NCBI GenBank assembly: GCA_021399345.1
Contig: JAAFKI010000045.1
Location: 1 to 64,000 of the forward strand
DNA: 64,000 bases
From: Candidatus Heimdallarchaeota archaeon
Lineage (GTDB): Archaea > Asgardarchaeota > Heimdallarchaeia > Heimdallarchaeales > Heimdallarchaeaceae
Reading direction: 5' to 3'
In this document: positions 10,122-20,471 of the stretch, piece by piece
Layout: every line of letters begins with the position of its first letter
Position numbering within the stretch: the first letter of the stretch is position 1
The notes under the pieces: model-generated
Database searches by the model: none
The model's input: only the letters and a program-made list of their open reading frames with translations
Told to the model about the DNA's origin: nothing
Program-made: the position numbers and the translations under genes

Positions 10122-13100
10122 TTATTGTCTTATAGGGGCCCTACTTCTGAAATCGTAGTAAATTTTGGTTATTTCCCTAACAATTTCTTCGTTAAAGGTT
10201 ACAATTAGAAGTGGATCTCCACTTGGAGCTTTGTGTCCTAAGAAACCTTCTTCAATACCATCTCTGGTTGCCATCATTACTGTTAGGTTTGTATCATCCT
10301 TTACAACTACATTCCCCATCCCAAGCATTTTACTTAAGATAGCTTTATCTTCATCTAAATGAGCTGTTGTATTTGTTACAATTTCTAGTTTTCTAGCAAA
10401 AGTTTCAAGGAATTCAGGATCTATCCAATTTAGTCTTGGGCAAATTACTGTAGCTGAAGACTTTGTATTTCTCAAGAGAGACATCATAGTTCCATTAACT
10501 TGTTCGTTACCTGTTACTATCCACATATCTTCAATTGGATTTGGTTCAATTCCTGATCCTAGTGATAAAACACTCTTAATTAATTTCATTGATTCCCCAG
10601 TTGCATCTAAAGCGCCACCAATCTTATCTGGAATTGAACTTAGTGTCCCTGAAATACTAGTGTCTACATTCTCAATTTCTTGTTGAGTTCCTTTAATTAT
10701 ATTCTCTTTAAAACTCATAAGTTTAGAGCTGTAATCATCTTTCTCAGTATCTACAATTTTTGAATCCTCTTGAGCTGCGTTCAATTTTTCTGTTAGAGAG
10801 TTCAAATTGGAATCAAATAGGTCAGTTAAAGTTTTTTCTAGATTACTGAGGTCCGCATTAACTGCATCATTTCCAGAAGTTATAGCCTCTGTAAGAGCAT
10901 CCTTTGTTCCTTGTATATTAGTTACAAGGGCAGATGAATTTGAATCTGAATTAGTAATAAAACTATTAACTTGATGAGACATGTTTAATTCATAATCATT
11001 CCTTTCTTTTTCAAACTCATTTTGGATTTCTGTGACATTATTAACAAAGTCAGTTGCCATGCTTTCATAGGATTTCTCAAGATCTCTTTGAACGCTAGTA
11101 AACATAGTATCAATTTCTGTCTGTGCACCTATTTGAAATTCTTTTATGGAAGAGTCCAAATTAGTTGCAAATGCATCAGAGTCAGTTTTAACCCATTTTG
11201 GATAATTTGCACCAAGCTTTTGAAGCTCTCCCTTAGTATTTGCAAGTGCTTCATCCAATAATGATGATTTCTCAGGAGAAACATTTAATTCCGCTAATAC
11301 TCCTTCAGTACCTTCAATAAACTGTTGGACTTCTTGCTCAATTAAATCATTAATCTCGGTTTCAACCTTTGCTGTTTGAGCACTATAGTTTGTAGCAGCC
11401 TCATCTAGAGTGACAGAAATGTCAGTATCAAGAGCCTCTTTCGCAGATTTGAATTCACTTTGCAAAGATTTCATTGTTACATCCATTGAGGAAGTAGCTT
11501 TGGTTACTAATTTGGAATGATCGTCAATGTTTGACTTGAGTAATTCTTGAAGGTTAGTTGTTACTTCGATATTGTTTTTCTTCATTACATCAAGAATTTC
11601 TTGTTTTGTTGTTTGCAGAGATTCTAGACCATCTTGAATTGTCAAATGAATTTCTGTTTGACCTTCATTATCTTCAGTTGAATCTGGAGCTTGGAGAAGT
11701 TCATCCAATGAACCACTTATGGATTTAGTAATGTCAGAAAATGCTTTAGATTCAGCTCCTATTACATCTGCTAATGATTTAGTGCTTGTTCCTTGTAGCT
11801 CGCTAAATTGCTCTTCATAAGTAGTATACGTTTCTTTAATAGTTCTTTTCATATCATCTGAAGAGGCTGTAAATTGACTACTGATTTCACTCCTTGAAAT
11901 TTCAAATGATTGGCTGGTTTTTTGAAGTGTATCTGTTGTGAATCTTGCTAAATCTTCTAATCTCATATTCATTTTTTCAAATATCTCATTAGACAAAGAA
12001 TTCATTGAATTTGTCAATGTTTGAATCATTTCCGCCATTTTATTTCCAACATTCTCCTTTACTAGCTCAATATCTCTATTCATACTTCCGATTAGTTGAG
12101 CCATTCGTGGTCCCTCTTCTTTTCCAAATACTTTTTGAAGCTGTTTCTCATCTAATCCTTGAAATGTTTGGTTAATCACTTCAATTTTTGCAACGGATGA
12201 TTTAAGCTGATCATCTAATTCTTGTAATCTTTCTATACTAGCTTGATAGTTAATCTGAACAACATTAGGTACTTCATCTCTAACATCTCTTCCTCTTTTA
12301 GAGAACTCATCTGAAAAAACTTCAACATCAGATTTGAATTTGTTTTCTTTTTCAGTTATTAGATTTTGAATTGTTTCGTTGTTATCCTTAACGTTTTTCT
12401 CAATATTAGAAATAACAGTGGTTTTTAATTCATTAATATGAGAAGTGAAGTTATCCTTGAATTCCTCATGGGAGATTGCAAACTTTTCTTTCCTTTCTTT
12501 CAAAGCTTTTTCATATTTAGTAGTTGTTTTTGATAATTTATCTAAATAAGCGTTAGTTGATTCTCTAAATGCAGTCATGATGTCTTCTACAAATAGTTTG
12601 ATTTGATTACTTACGTTTTCAATTGAAGAAGTCAGATTTTCTTCAAACAGATTGAAGCCAATTTCTATTCCTGAATTAAGTGAAGATAGTAGATTATCGC
12701 TATTCTTTTTGAAATCTTTAAGATAAGCGGTTAAGTCATTACTCAATTTAACTTTCATTTCCTCTGTTTTTGCTTCAGCTTGTGTAATTAAATCTCCCAG
12801 CTTCTCAACAGAATCAACTTTAGTTTTATTCAGTAAATCAACAAACTGATTTTCATTCCCTCTCAAAATATTTACTGCTGTTTCTTTTGATTTATCAATA
12901 GAAGTCCTTATTCTGTCTGTTGTTGCGTCTTCAAGTTTTTTAAATTCGTCATTTAATGAAATTAGAATCTGCTGTACTTTTAATTGATATTCGTCAAGCT
13001 TTTTCTCATAATTTGTGATAATTTTGTTTACTGTATCAGAAAGCTTCTTAGAGGAATCTCTTGTAACTACGCTTGAATCTGCTGAGATTTTTTTAACAGC

Positions 13101-13904
13101 TTCATCAGTAACAGTTATAATTACACTTTTTCGTTCCCCTGCTTCTTCTATGAATTCCTGAAGCTGTGCTGATAAGCTTTCTTTTATCCCTCCGACTTTT
13201 TCAAGAAGGGCATCAAGTTGTATTTGAGTTCTCTCATCATGCTCTTTTTGCAGAAAGCCTAATCTTTCCTCTATTTTTACTTTGAATGAATTATGATGTT
13301 CTCCTATTTTGTGAATCGTAGAATCAAAAGAACTAAGAACATTCTCTTTTACTCTTTGAGCAGTTTTTGCAATAGCATCACTGTTTGTCGTAGAAATATT
13401 GGAGGTTTCTGATTTTAGCCTTTCAATCACTTCTGCTGTTTCAGTTTTTCCTGATGAAACTATGTTTGTTAATGAATCCAAAAATTTAGTAGCAGTTGAT
13501 GCAATTTCAGAGGCATGATCATCAACATTTTCTGTGATTTTTACATGAAATGCTGATAATTGTGATCTAAAATTTGTCATAGTTTTATTCCAATCTTCTT
13601 TTACATCATCACTTAATGCCTTTAATTCAGTTTCTAAACGAATAGATACATCCTCTGTAAGCTTAATTTGTGGGGGGAGTGGAATGAAATATGAGGTTCC
13701 CTCTTGGTTTTTAGCTTTGATTTCTCTAATGTAACCTTTGCCAGCTAAGCTGTTTAAAGCACTTTGAATTATATTTGCGGGATGTTTGTAATATGTTTGA
13801 ATTTGACCGATGGTTCTATAACCATATTGAACAATTATTGAATAAACTTGAACTTCATCTTTCGATAAACCAATCTTTTCTAATGTTCCTTCCATTTTAA
13901 TCAC
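10122..13904 (-). CDS. Giant TrmB-like protein: N-terminal wHTH, about 1000-aa amphipathic helical/coiled-coil insert, C-terminal TrmB/PLD-like fold
   Basis: N-terminus LEKIGLSKDEVQVY...ALNSLAGKGYI...YFIPLPP (TrmB HTH pattern); C-terminus MWIVTGNEQV...LLRNTKSSATVICP...ATRDGIEE (TrmB sensor-like, no HKD motif). Confidence 0.75.
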   Translation of the reverse strand: MIKMEGTLEKIGLSKDEVQVYSIIVQYGYRTIGQIQTYYKHPANIIQSALNSLAGKGYIREIKAKNQEGTSYFIPLPPQIKLTEDVSIRLETELKALSDDVKEDWNKTMTNFRSQLSAFHVKITENVDDHASEIASTATKFLDSLTNIVSSGKTETAEVIERLKSETSNISTTNSDAIAKTAQRVKENVLSSFDSTIHKIGEHHNSFKVKIEERLGFLQKEHDERTQIQLDALLEKVGGIKESLSAQLQEFIEEAGERKSVIITVTDEAVKKISADSSVVTRDSSKKLSDTVNKIITNYEKKLDEYQLKVQQILISLNDEFKKLEDATTDRIRTSIDKSKETAVNILRGNENQFVDLLNKTKVDSVEKLGDLITQAEAKTEEMKVKLSNDLTAYLKDFKKNSDNLLSSLNSGIEIGFNLFEENLTSSIENVSNQIKLFVEDIMTAFRESTNAYLDKLSKTTTKYEKALKERKEKFAISHEEFKDNFTSHINELKTTVISNIEKNVKDNNETIQNLITEKENKFKSDVEVFSDEFSKRGRDVRDEVPNVVQINYQASIERLQELDDQLKSSVAKIEVINQTFQGLDEKQLQKVFGKEEGPRMAQLIGSMNRDIELVKENVGNKMAEMIQTLTNSMNSLSNEIFEKMNMRLEDLARFTTDTLQKTSQSFEISRSEISSQFTASSDDMKRTIKETYTTYEEQFSELQGTSTKSLADVIGAESKAFSDITKSISGSLDELLQAPDSTEDNEGQTEIHLTIQDGLESLQTTKQEILDVMKKNNIEVTTNLQELLKSNIDDHSKLVTKATSSMDVTMKSLQSEFKSAKEALDTDISVTLDEAATNYSAQTAKVETEINDLIEQEVQQFIEGTEGVLAELNVSPEKSSLLDEALANTKGELQKLGANYPKWVKTDSDAFATNLDSSIKEFQIGAQTEIDTMFTSVQRDLEKSYESMATDFVNNVTEIQNEFEKERNDYELNMSHQVNSFITNSDSNSSALVTNIQGTKDALTEAITSGNDAVNADLSNLEKTLTDLFDSNLNSLTEKLNAAQEDSKIVDTEKDDYSSKLMSFKENIIKGTQQEIENVDTSISGTLSSIPDKIGGALDATGESMKLIKSVLSLGSGIEPNPIEDMWIVTGNEQVNGTMMSLLRNTKSSATVICPRLNWIDPEFLETFARKLEIVTNTTAHLDEDKAILSKMLGMGNVVVKDDTNLTVMMATRDGIEEGFLGHKAPSGDPLLIVTFNEEIVREITKIYYDFRSRAPIRQ

Positions 13905-13909
13905 TTCTT

Positions 13910-15367
13910 TTATAATTGATCTTTTATTGTTTCAAGATTCCTTTCTAGTCTTTCTAATCGACTTATGAGATCTTTTCTCAATTTTTCTGTTTGTTCTGCT
14001 TTTTTGATATTGTCCTTTGCTTCAATTTCAAGATTAGCTACAGTGGAATCTTGTGTTTCAACAATCTTGCTTTTTGCATTCGAGGACATAGTTGAAATTT
14101 CAGCTATAGTATCTTTTTGAGCTGAATCTATTCTTGAGGTAATTTGTTGACTTGTTCTTTCTAAGGAATCTTTTGCATCAATAATTTCATTTTCAAGAAT
14201 AGATATTCTTTCTGCTACTGTTTTTGCAGCATTGCCTTGTAGAGTGTCAGATTTTTCAACAACGGTTGTTAAAATATCATCTAAATGATTTTTAACATCG
14301 TCCTGTTCCCTTGATACAAAGGATTTTATTTCTTGTTTAATTGAATCTGATTGTTCAGAGAGAGTTGATAAAATTCCATCCACTTTATTGTTGAAATCCC
14401 CCTCAAACTCTTTAAGTTCAGAATCATGTTCATTATATTGATTATTTGTTAAATCATCATAAGATCCTAGCATTGATTCCTTAGATGTATTGAAATTTGA
14501 CATAGCTACTTCATTAACATCAATCATTCCTGTTTCGTATTCCGCTAAAACATCTTGTACTTTTGCAATTTCATCAACAAGATACTTATCCATGGAATCG
14601 GTTACATCAGATAATTCAGATTGAATTCTTTGAACTGCGTTATTAACAAGCTGCCCTAATTCACTTTTTATTCGATTGAAGCTTTCAAAGACAGATTCCA
14701 TGTTTTCAGTTAATTTATCACCATACTCTGATCTTAAATGTTCTATGGATTCTTTCATGATGTTTTGAGCAATATTGATGTTAGATTCAAGCTTTGTTCT
14801 CATATCTTCTGAATTGTTCTTGAAGGTTGAAAGATTATTTCCCTTTATCGTACTGACATCTTCTTTTACACTATCAATTACTTTTCTAAAAGCACTAACT
14901 TGATTATTTGCTAATCGTTCTAAATCTTGTTCATGGTTTGTAAGAGTGGTTCTTATTTTTTCACCAAATGATGAAGAATACTCCACAAAGTTTGTTTTTC
15001 CTTCATCTAAAATAGAAGCAATAGATTCATGTATTTTAGATAATTCATTTTTTGTATTGTCTAACTTCGACACTACAGATTCTGATTGACTTTTAGTCCA
15101 TTCATCAATTAGTTTTTTATCTTCAGATACATTTGCTTCAATAATATCATCTAATGACTGTTTATTTGTGTCAATTAAATTGCGTAAATTCTCATTCAAG
15201 CCAATAAACTTGTTTTGAACTAAAGTTGCTAGAATTTGATAAAATTGATGTAATTCCTTCAAGTTTTCTAGAGATTCTTTAAAATTTACAATCTCTACAT
15301 CTAAATTTTCAATTTCTCTTTTTACTTTTTCTAAATCTTTTGTTATTCTTTCTGACATCTTACTCAC
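13910..15367 (-). CDS. All-helical coiled-coil / apolipoprotein-like protein
   Basis: 485 aa with no Pro and heptad-like hydrophobic periodicity throughout; abuts neighbours (0- and 5-bp gaps); alternative ATG 15358 with GGTGA RBS. Confidence 0.75.
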   Translation of the reverse strand: MSKMSERITKDLEKVKREIENLDVEIVNFKESLENLKELHQFYQILATLVQNKFIGLNENLRNLIDTNKQSLDDIIEANVSEDKKLIDEWTKSQSESVVSKLDNTKNELSKIHESIASILDEGKTNFVEYSSSFGEKIRTTLTNHEQDLERLANNQVSAFRKVIDSVKEDVSTIKGNNLSTFKNNSEDMRTKLESNINIAQNIMKESIEHLRSEYGDKLTENMESVFESFNRIKSELGQLVNNAVQRIQSELSDVTDSMDKYLVDEIAKVQDVLAEYETGMIDVNEVAMSNFNTSKESMLGSYDDLTNNQYNEHDSELKEFEGDFNNKVDGILSTLSEQSDSIKQEIKSFVSREQDDVKNHLDDILTTVVEKSDTLQGNAAKTVAERISILENEIIDAKDSLERTSQQITSRIDSAQKDTIAEISTMSSNAKSKIVETQDSTVANLEIEAKDNIKKAEQTEKLRKDLISRLERLERNLETIKDQL

Positions 15368-17131
15368 CTAAAAATCCAATTCTTTTTCAATATTTTCGAT
15401 AGAAATTTCTTCTACTTCTTTTGGTTCAGGTTCTTCTAAAGGAATCTGTATTTCCTCTTCTCTCCCGTAAATCATATTTGTAAAATAATTGTGATGTATG
15501 CTTTCCTTTTCAAACATCTCAACAGCTTTTTTCCTAATTCTTTCGAAGTTAGTTTTGTCCCCCATGTTTTTATAACAATCAAGGCTTGATTTCAAGTAAC
15601 CTCTAATAGCGTATTCACTTTTTTCCACAGGCAGTGTTACTGATAGTTTTTCAAATTGATCTGCAGCTCTTGCATATGATCTATTTGCTTTAAGTTCTTC
15701 TTCAACTGCTTTATAATAAGAGGCAGATTTTAGGTAAAGTCTAGCTGCAAAATAGAAGTTCTTTTCTTCGAATTCTCTTGCGATTTTTTCGCAGAATGCT
15801 CCTGCTTGCTCTAATTCATTAATCTGTTCAAATTGTTGAGTATTGATTAATGTTAAATCATATGCCTTTTGATACATTTTTCTCTCGATACAAATATTGG
15901 CGATTTTTTGAATCTTTGAAGCTACTGCAAAATCAGCAAGTCTGTCTCTAATTTTACCTGATAAATTCCCAACTTTTTCTATTATCTTATCTGTTGGAGA
16001 AATGTATTTGCTCAAATCCTCTAGAATTGAATCAAGTGTAACCATCAGTGAGGTAATAGGACTGAATAATCTCATTCGGAACTTCATTGCTGTTAATAAG
16101 GATTCTTGAACTAAACGAGCATGTGTTGAACCAATCCACAAAAACCCTTTTTCTTCAAGTGACTTGAGAGCTTCAAAGGGAACATATGCTGTCAATTGCT
16201 CAATCAAGAAAAGATTTTCATTGAATGAAGCCATTTCTGATAAGACAGACTCTTCTTCATCTGTTAGACTAAAGACCTTAGGAATATTTCTTTCCACAAA
16301 ATCATCGATTTCAAATCCAGATTTGATGAAGAAGTTACCTAGGTTTAAATCAAAGAAAGTTCTTTGACTATTATTAACAAGTTCTAGAACCCCCTTATTC
16401 ACAAGTTGAGGTGCAATACGTCGAAGATAAATCTCAGTATCTGAAACAGATAGAGGTTCTATACTGAAAATCTTTGAATTGTTGGTTAAATTCTTTTCAT
16501 AGTCAAAATCAAAAAGATATTGCTTTGTTAGAGCAGTGATTACTACAATGTTGTATCCTCTAATAGATAATTCCTTAATTATAGTTGAGAAAATTGAGTA
16601 AAACTCTTGAATATCCATCAATTTGAATAGATGAATATTATCTACAAAGAAATACAAAGTTGTTTGTGTCTCCTGTAGCTTTTGGTTAACTTTATCTAAA
16701 TTCTCGAAAAACAAATTGACATAAATCTCAGTATAAGTCTGGGATGTTTGTTTCTTGATGTTCTCCTTGAGGGCAGGAAGATCATCACCTAGTTTCTTTT
16801 TTCCTACTTTTTCAAGAACTGAACGCCAAGCTGGAGATATTTCATCAATCATATTTTTCCATTCTTTGAAGAACCCTAACAAATCTTTTTCTTCAGGCAC
16901 TAAATCAAACATGTGGAAAATATCTTTTCTTACCGATATAGAGGAAGATAATTTTCTTAAAAGAGAACTTTTTCCTGTTCCTTCATCACCAACTAGTAGT
17001 ATGGAATGAGTTTTTTCTCCTTCTTTCTTCATGTCTTCTTTTATCTGACTAAAGTCTTTGATAATGTCTCTCAATCCATAAAAATCATCAGGATTGCAAG
17101 GTTGGAAAAGGTTTGAATCTTGAGTACTCAT
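15368..17131 (-). CDS. Archaeal STAND-like P-loop ATPase with wHTH and C-terminal SNAP/TPR-like repeats
   Basis: DDFYG, Walker A GDEGTGKS, Walker B LYFFVDN, wHTH-like LKSLEEKGFL, repeats such as AARLYLKSASYY and ANRSYARAADQF. Confidence 0.75.
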   Translation of the reverse strand: MSTQDSNLFQPCNPDDFYGLRDIIKDFSQIKEDMKKEGEKTHSILLVGDEGTGKSSLLRKLSSSISVRKDIFHMFDLVPEEKDLLGFFKEWKNMIDEISPAWRSVLEKVGKKKLGDDLPALKENIKKQTSQTYTEIYVNLFFENLDKVNQKLQETQTTLYFFVDNIHLFKLMDIQEFYSIFSTIIKELSIRGYNIVVITALTKQYLFDFDYEKNLTNNSKIFSIEPLSVSDTEIYLRRIAPQLVNKGVLELVNNSQRTFFDLNLGNFFIKSGFEIDDFVERNIPKVFSLTDEEESVLSEMASFNENLFLIEQLTAYVPFEALKSLEEKGFLWIGSTHARLVQESLLTAMKFRMRLFSPITSLMVTLDSILEDLSKYISPTDKIIEKVGNLSGKIRDRLADFAVASKIQKIANICIERKMYQKAYDLTLINTQQFEQINELEQAGAFCEKIAREFEEKNFYFAARLYLKSASYYKAVEEELKANRSYARAADQFEKLSVTLPVEKSEYAIRGYLKSSLDCYKNMGDKTNFERIRKKAVEMFEKESIHHNYFTNMIYGREEEIQIPLEEPEPKEVEEISIENIEKELDF

Positions 17132-17344
17132 ATGACCTCACGTTATATTTCATTTTGATTATGTTAACCATATCTTATAAAATCTATGAATGTTCATAAT
17201 CTCCACTAACACTATAGATTTTTTTATCAAAAGTAACTCTGTTGAAATGCATTCTTAAAGTATATCTTACTTGTAAGTAGGAAACATTAAAAGTGTAAAT
17301 GATAGATATAGTATTACTCAAACGCAGAGGTGCAAATATGATAG

Positions 17345-17764
17345 GTGAACGTTTTGTTAAATCCAGCGGAACTGGAAAGCTTAGACTACTCAGAAGAAGG
17401 GATCGCCTTTGCTCAAGAGAGGATAAGGAAGCTTGAAAAAGATAATTTATTTTTGTTTGATTTACTTCATCAGAGTTTAATCATTCTGTTTGATCAATTA
17501 AATGATAAACAAAAAGGAATTTTCTTTGAAAGTTATATTCAAATAGATAGAAAAAAAATATCTCTAAACCGTTTAGCAGAAAAAATCTCAACAAAGTTGG
17601 ATATTTCCTTTTCAACAGCTAAATGGAATATAACTAAACTCAGAGATTTAGGTTTCTTTGAAACTATTGGCATGAGAGGTAACACAAAAACCACTTTAAT
17701 ATCAACAATTATAGGTGACACACTCTATTCCACTCTAGGGCAGATTAAAAACAAAAATCGGTAA
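17345..17764 (+). CDS. Winged-helix DNA-binding protein
   Basis: SLNRLAEKISTKLDISFSTAKWNITKLRDLGFF is HTH-wing-like; divergent from the ATPase operon. Confidence 0.65.
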   Translation: MNVLLNPAELESLDYSEEGIAFAQERIRKLEKDNLFLFDLLHQSLIILFDQLNDKQKGIFFESYIQIDRKKISLNRLAEKISTKLDISFSTAKWNITKLRDLGFFETIGMRGNTKTTLISTIIGDTLYSTLGQIKNKNR

Positions 17765-17821
17765 AAACACAAATAATAAATGAGAGATTCTTTTCTCTGA
17801 ATATAATAAGGTAGAGAAGCA

Positions 17822-18742
17822 ATGAATGAATCATTTGAGAAGTATAAAAAATCTGGACATATTTTAGCAAAGGCTCTCGAATATGCTAAGGGCTTAGTTA
17901 AACCCGGGGTAAAGCTACTGGACATTGCAGAAAAAACTGAAGACTATATCCGAGGACAATCTGCAGCTCCAGCTTTTCCTGTAAACATTTCTATAAATGA
18001 AATCGCTGCACATTATTCTCCAAGAATAGAAGACGATGGTAGTATACCAGAAGCATCTATTGTAAAAATTGATGCTGGTGTCTCTGTTGATGGATATCTT
18101 ACAGACGCAGCAAGAACCTTAGTTTTTGATAAGAAATGGCTACCAATGAAAAATCTTGCTAGAAAAGCTCTCAACTCTGCCTTAAATGCTGTTAAGGCTA
18201 ATGAAAGCGTTTTTAGAATCGGAGAAATTGTTCAAAAAACTATAGAAGAAGAAGGTTTCAAACCCATTGTGAATTTAAGTGGGCATTCACTCTCTCATTA
18301 TTCTTTACATGATGGTATTTCTATTCCCAATTACAGTGTATCTAAAGAAGCTAGAGATTCCACACATGTATTCAAAATAGGCAAAGCTTACGCAATTGAA
18401 CCTTTTGTTACTCCAGGAATAGGGAGAGTAGTTGATACTGATCAAGAAACAATTTTCAGACATTATAGAAAAATAGATGCATCATCTCTATCAAGCCAAT
18501 TCAGAGAAATTTACAAGTTTATTGATGAAAACTTCAAAGGATTACCTTTCAGTTGGAGATGGGTTTACAATGCTGGTTACTCAAAAGAAAAAATACATAA
18601 AACAAGGAATTTTCTACTAAAACGCAATATTGTTCATGGATATCCTGTTCTAATTGAAGCTACAGATGCTCCTGTTACACAAGAAGAAGAAACTGTGTAC
18701 ATAGGTGAAGACAAAATACATATCCTGACAAAAAATAATTAG
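17822..18742 (+). CDS. map: Methionine aminopeptidase type II
   Basis: AFPVNISINEIAAHY, KIDAGVSVDGYLTD, NLSGH, AIEPF, type II insert, EETV. Confidence 0.93.
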   Translation: MNESFEKYKKSGHILAKALEYAKGLVKPGVKLLDIAEKTEDYIRGQSAAPAFPVNISINEIAAHYSPRIEDDGSIPEASIVKIDAGVSVDGYLTDAARTLVFDKKWLPMKNLARKALNSALNAVKANESVFRIGEIVQKTIEEEGFKPIVNLSGHSLSHYSLHDGISIPNYSVSKEARDSTHVFKIGKAYAIEPFVTPGIGRVVDTDQETIFRHYRKIDASSLSSQFREIYKFIDENFKGLPFSWRWVYNAGYSKEKIHKTRNFLLKRNIVHGYPVLIEATDAPVTQEEETVYIGEDKIHILTKNN

Positions 18743-18757
18743 AAAAAGAAATGAACT

Positions 18758-19942
18758 TTAAATTATCAGCTCTTCAAGCTCTCTTGGATAAGGAGTTATT
18801 AATTCAGAACCATCTTCAGTTATGATAACTGTGTCAGAGTGTCTAAAACCACCAAATTTATACTCATATATTCCAGGTTCGCATGTAAAAACCATTCCTG
18901 GTTTCATTATCTCTTCTACTCCTATATCTAAGAAAGGTGCTTCATGTCCTTCAAGTCCTATAGCATGTCCTGTGTGATGCTGAACAAGATGGAAAACACC
19001 TTCATCCTTGAGGACTTTTCTTGCAGCTTTATCTACTTCACTACACGGAATGTGGGGTTTAAATGCATCTAACGCAGCATCTTGTGATTTTTTCATCACA
19101 TCATAGTATCTTTTTTGTTTCTCGTTAGGTGGACCAATAAACATAGTTCTTTCCAATTCAGAATGATATCCAGAAACATTTGCAGATGCACCAGTAACTA
19201 GAACATCTCCCTTTTTGAATATGGTTTTTTGAATTACTGAATGTGGTATAGCTGACCATTCTCCAATTTGTCCCCTGTATCCAGCTCCAGCTGGAAGTAA
19301 CCCTCTAGGAATGAATCCTTCCAAATCTTCAAGCATTTTTTCTGATGCTTCCATGCAAGCTTGTAAAGAAACTTCTACTTCATTTTTACCTTCAGCAGTA
19401 TAATCCTGCAACAAATGGTGAGCTAAATCTCCATACTTGGCTGAAATCTTAATTAAACGGAGCTCTTCTTCGTCCTTTATTTTTCTCATATCTCTGATTA
19501 GATTAGAGTGTAACTCTGTTGTAGCTTTACCTTCAAGAAGATCAGTTATTTTTGGTCCTTCGTATCCCCAATAACTTGAAAATGTTGGGGATTCCATCCC
19601 AATTTTTGCATTTGTAACTTTTCTTTCATCGAGTTTATCAATAAAGACATTTGCTGGATGTTTTTCATCAGGATATTCAAAATAAATCTCTCTTTCTACC
19701 CAAGGAATTTTCTCAATAAGATGTTCTTTTTCCAATCGAGGTACGTAAAACCAAGGTTCTTGAGAACGAGGGAGAACTAAACAGATTGGTCTTTCAGTTG
19801 GAATAAAGTGATAACCAGTCAAATAATAAATTGATAATGGACTAAAGAAAATCATTGAATCTAGTTCTTTTTTATCCATGAAATTCTTGACTCTATCAAT
19901 TCGTCTAAGATGGTTTTCTTTTGATATAGAGTACTTATTCAT
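18758..19942 (-). CDS. M24 (pita-bread) hydrolase, Xaa-Pro peptidase/creatinase-like, with altered metal ligands
   Basis: Creatinase_N-like N-terminal domain, HHTGHAIGLEGHE, EPG; GYHSELERT and GFRHSDT replace canonical D/E ligands. Confidence 0.85.
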   Translation of the reverse strand: MNKYSISKENHLRRIDRVKNFMDKKELDSMIFFSPLSIYYLTGYHFIPTERPICLVLPRSQEPWFYVPRLEKEHLIEKIPWVEREIYFEYPDEKHPANVFIDKLDERKVTNAKIGMESPTFSSYWGYEGPKITDLLEGKATTELHSNLIRDMRKIKDEEELRLIKISAKYGDLAHHLLQDYTAEGKNEVEVSLQACMEASEKMLEDLEGFIPRGLLPAGAGYRGQIGEWSAIPHSVIQKTIFKKGDVLVTGASANVSGYHSELERTMFIGPPNEKQKRYYDVMKKSQDAALDAFKPHIPCSEVDKAARKVLKDEGVFHLVQHHTGHAIGLEGHEAPFLDIGVEEIMKPGMVFTCEPGIYEYKFGGFRHSDTVIITEDGSELITPYPRELEELII

Positions 19943-20018
19943 GTTTATATTTTTTCTTTAGAATGTTAAAACCTTTCTCCAAATCCAAATGGACTTGAGT
20001 TAAAAACTTCTGTTTGTT

Positions 20019-20468
20019 TCAAGAAAATCCAATAACCGTACCTGTGGGAAGTCGTTTTCTTATTTGAATCAAATCTGGTTTATAAAGGTAAAATTCTTTT
20101 GAGGTTAATTGTTCTTCTAGAAATTTATCCCAATCAATTTCTATCTTCTCTAATGTTTTAAGAACTAAATATTGTTCAATTAATTCCCCAGAAATAACAT
20201 AAGTTCCTTGCCCAATATCTCTCCTTCTTATAATTAAAATTGGTAAACGAACTGATGAAACCATGTCTTGAGGACATAGAGACTGTAATAGATTTATTTC
20301 TTCCTTATCTATGTAAAGTTGATTATTTTCTCGACTTACGTAATAATTGAATCCTTTAAGGGCATGTTCAAGAGTAACTCTCTTCTTCGGAAGATGCATA
20401 TTAATAGAGTCAATTTCATGCTTAAGGAAATTGGATAATTTATCATCAAATCCCAAGAAATTCACCAT
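20019..20468 (-). CDS. DUF61/UPF0216 family protein
   Basis: EIDSINMHLPKKRVTL...VRLPILI...YKPDL..IRKRLPT pattern. Confidence 0.7.
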   Translation of the reverse strand: MVNFLGFDDKLSNFLKHEIDSINMHLPKKRVTLEHALKGFNYYVSRENNQLYIDKEEINLLQSLCPQDMVSSVRLPILIIRRRDIGQGTYVISGELIEQYLVLKTLEKIEIDWDKFLEEQLTSKEFYLYKPDLIQIRKRLPTGTVIGFS

Positions 20469-20471
20469 TTA

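Noticed and set aside
10122-10560. Active phospholipase D or nuclease effector
   Set aside because: No HxK(x4)D motif visible; treated as a non-catalytic TrmB-type domain
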